A stretch of DNA of 63,453 nt, the filler included, from Pelomyxa schiedti (taxonomy: Eukaryota; Protista; Evosea): assembly GCA_020536535.1 (NCBI GenBank). It is 4 parts of 4 records of this genome, joined end to end, with 100 filler letters (N's around TTAATTAATTAA, not from the genome) between each part and the next. Parts side by side here need not be neighbours in the genome. Positions count along the whole stretch, not along the records: positions 32,173 to 62,160 come from JAHLWZ010001005.1; positions 62,261 to 63,453 come from JAHLWZ010002718.1; 2 more parts are not named here. One strand, written 5' to 3'. Both the position numbers and the translations under genes were made by a program. The notes under the pieces are model-generated. The model worked only from the letters and a program-made list of their open reading frames with translations, did no database searches and was not told the origin of the DNA. Positions 61,701 to 63,453 of the stretch are shown one piece after another (the stretch's first letter is position 1; each line of letters begins with the position of its first letter).

Positions 61701-62160
61701 GTGTTGTTGCAGTCTACTCTGGTGGAAGAAACTATTTTTCAAGCTGATATTGATATCAGAGTGGGTTTAAACACTGGAAACCATAATATCGAGTTTGATA
61801 TTTGCACCGTTCATGTGGAAAACCTGTGCGTGTTTGATCTTCCCATGTGCATCAACTCTAAGTTCACTCTTGGTGAAAATAACCGCCAACACAAATTCCT
61901 CACAATGCAAAAGGTGAAGGCACCAGCTGTGAGTGGAAGTCCAATTTCGGCTGTGAAAAGAAATCTGCACACCGTTTTGTGCAGTATGGCTGTACCTGTT
62001 CCTGAAGGTGTGGCCCATTTGTTGAAGCAGTTAGTGCTCAAGGAATATAAATTATCTCTGCTGCTTCCTCAGGAACAAATCAGCACCGACGACCCCTCAA
62101 GCTCTTTCTGTCTGCACCTTGACTTGCAAGCTGGTGGCAGTGACTCTAGTGGGAACATCT
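58765..62160 (+). CDS. Large protein with SPRY/B30.2-like domain; 3' end lost in gap
   Basis: YFEIAV..GVGV..YNQRDTIKVRINWKEGKIYF..LFPAVRL (~60385-60730); frame of over 800 codons; 59416-59536 is duplicated across the gap. Confidence 0.7.
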
Positions 62161-62789
62161 NNNNNNNNNNNNNNNNNNNNNNNNNNNNNNNNNNNNNNNN
62201 NNNNTTAATTAATTAANNNNNNNNNNNNNNNNNNNNNNNNNNNNNNNNNNNNNNNNNNNNTGCCTGGCTTTGGAGGGGAGGACATGGCCGCGGCAATGCA
62301 GAACGGAAATGTAATTGACATCGAGGAAACCCCAGTGCCGTTCCGTGTCACCGTCAAGTTGCAAGATCTCTCACAACAACAAGATCCGCGGGCAGAAACA
62401 GGCACGAAAGGGATCGATCAGTTCGGTGTCGCCATCTAGTGAATTACGTCAGTACCACCGCTACTTCGACTTGCTATTGTAGTTATTAATGTGAATAATC
62501 AAGGATACTTTGCCGACATGACCTTTGTTACCGCAAACGAGGACAAGTGCAGTTTCTTCAACAAAACAACACATGCACAACCACGCCAAAACAGCGACAA
62601 GATCTGGCCCCTACGGAGACTTCGCACGCACATTCGGCTTCGCTCTTCGCGTTTTTTGCCACGAAAGATCAAAGCACACAAAACTAAGTGTGATTCGCAC
62701 TAGATCCGGCAAAAAATTCAAAAAACAAAGAGCTGAACCTCGAGACAGCTGTCAAACAGTGACACCTTACTTCCCCTGCGTTGCGTTGT

Positions 62790-63453
62790 ATGGACGGATT
62801 AATTGGAAACACACCATTGGTGGAATTAAAGAAGATCTCACTGCACGCTGTTGGTGAGGGGCGTGTGCCAGTGCGGATATGGGCAAAGGTGGAGAAGTTC
62901 AACGTCGGAGGCAGTGTGAAGGACCGCGTCGCATTGTCGATGGTAAACGACGCTGAGGAGCGCGGCGCACTTTTACCTGGCGGTACAATTCTCGAGGCGA
63001 CGTCGGGCAACACTGGCATTGGCCTGGCACTCGTCGGCGCGAGGCGCGGGTATCACGTGACTCTCGTCATGCCAAGATCCGTGTCTGTGGAGAGAAGGAA
63101 ATTATTGAAGGTAAACCCGTCTCTTCAGCCTTTGGAGAAAATTAACTGGTTTCCAAGGCATATGGTGCCGAGCTCATCCTGGTTGACGGGAGCACTGCTG
63201 CGGCTGTGAAGAAGGCACAAGAAATTCACACAGATCACCCTGGTTTCTATTTTTCTTCTCCGTATTCCTTTTTTCACACTTGTGTGAAGAATACTTTTAC
63301 GCCAGCCAGTTCACAAACCCCGCAAATCCTCATATTCACGAGCAGACCACCGGGCCCGAGATTATCCAGACTTTCGAGAAGCAGGGACTCCATGTTGATT
63401 GCTTTGTTTCAGGAGTGGGCACTGGCGGCACCATAACCGGTGTGGGTCATGCT
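62790..63453 (+). CDS. cysK: Cysteine synthase (O-acetylserine sulfhydrylase, CysK/CysM family), runs off the window
   Basis: [22 protein letters not shown] (PLP Lys), [10 protein letters not shown], |[22 protein letters not shown]. Confidence 0.95.

Noticed and set aside
62790-63453. Bacterial contaminant or endosymbiont contig
   Set aside because: The cysteine synthase gene has short spliceosomal introns like the rest of the window.

Overview
Compact, intron-rich (mostly 40-100 nt introns) eukaryotic DNA from an amoeboid protist. An archamoeba such as Pelomyxa is inferred from the expanded intronless 'HPRCG' gene family and the prokaryote-like genes; this is not verified. The window joins several scaffolds: N-gaps, three with a TTAATTAATTAA linker, and two with about 121-nt duplicated overlaps. 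Housekeeping genes recognised are IWR1, UBA1, RagC/D, ATG11/FIP200, an SDR ketoacyl reductase (two copies), GOT1, Nopp140/SRP40, a DMT transporter, cysteine synthase and two divergent tRNA-Leu genes. The most notable items are: (1) a MACPF/stonustoxin-like + MORN + P-loop GTPase + Cys-rich protein lying tail-to-tail with a DUF4062-NACHT-TPR NLR-like gene whose N-terminus has about 13 copies of an unrecognised LxHR[DE]xxxF repeat, a candidate sensor/pore-effector pair; (2) a prokaryote-type SPL-like radical SAM enzyme fused to an NLS-rich acidic disordered leader, head-to-head with Nopp140; (3) an F-box-Rab fusion whose F-box exon is too short for the ORF track; (4) a non-coding island with three copies of a ~105-bp module next to the tRNAs. 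Exon boundaries were read by eye and are approximate.
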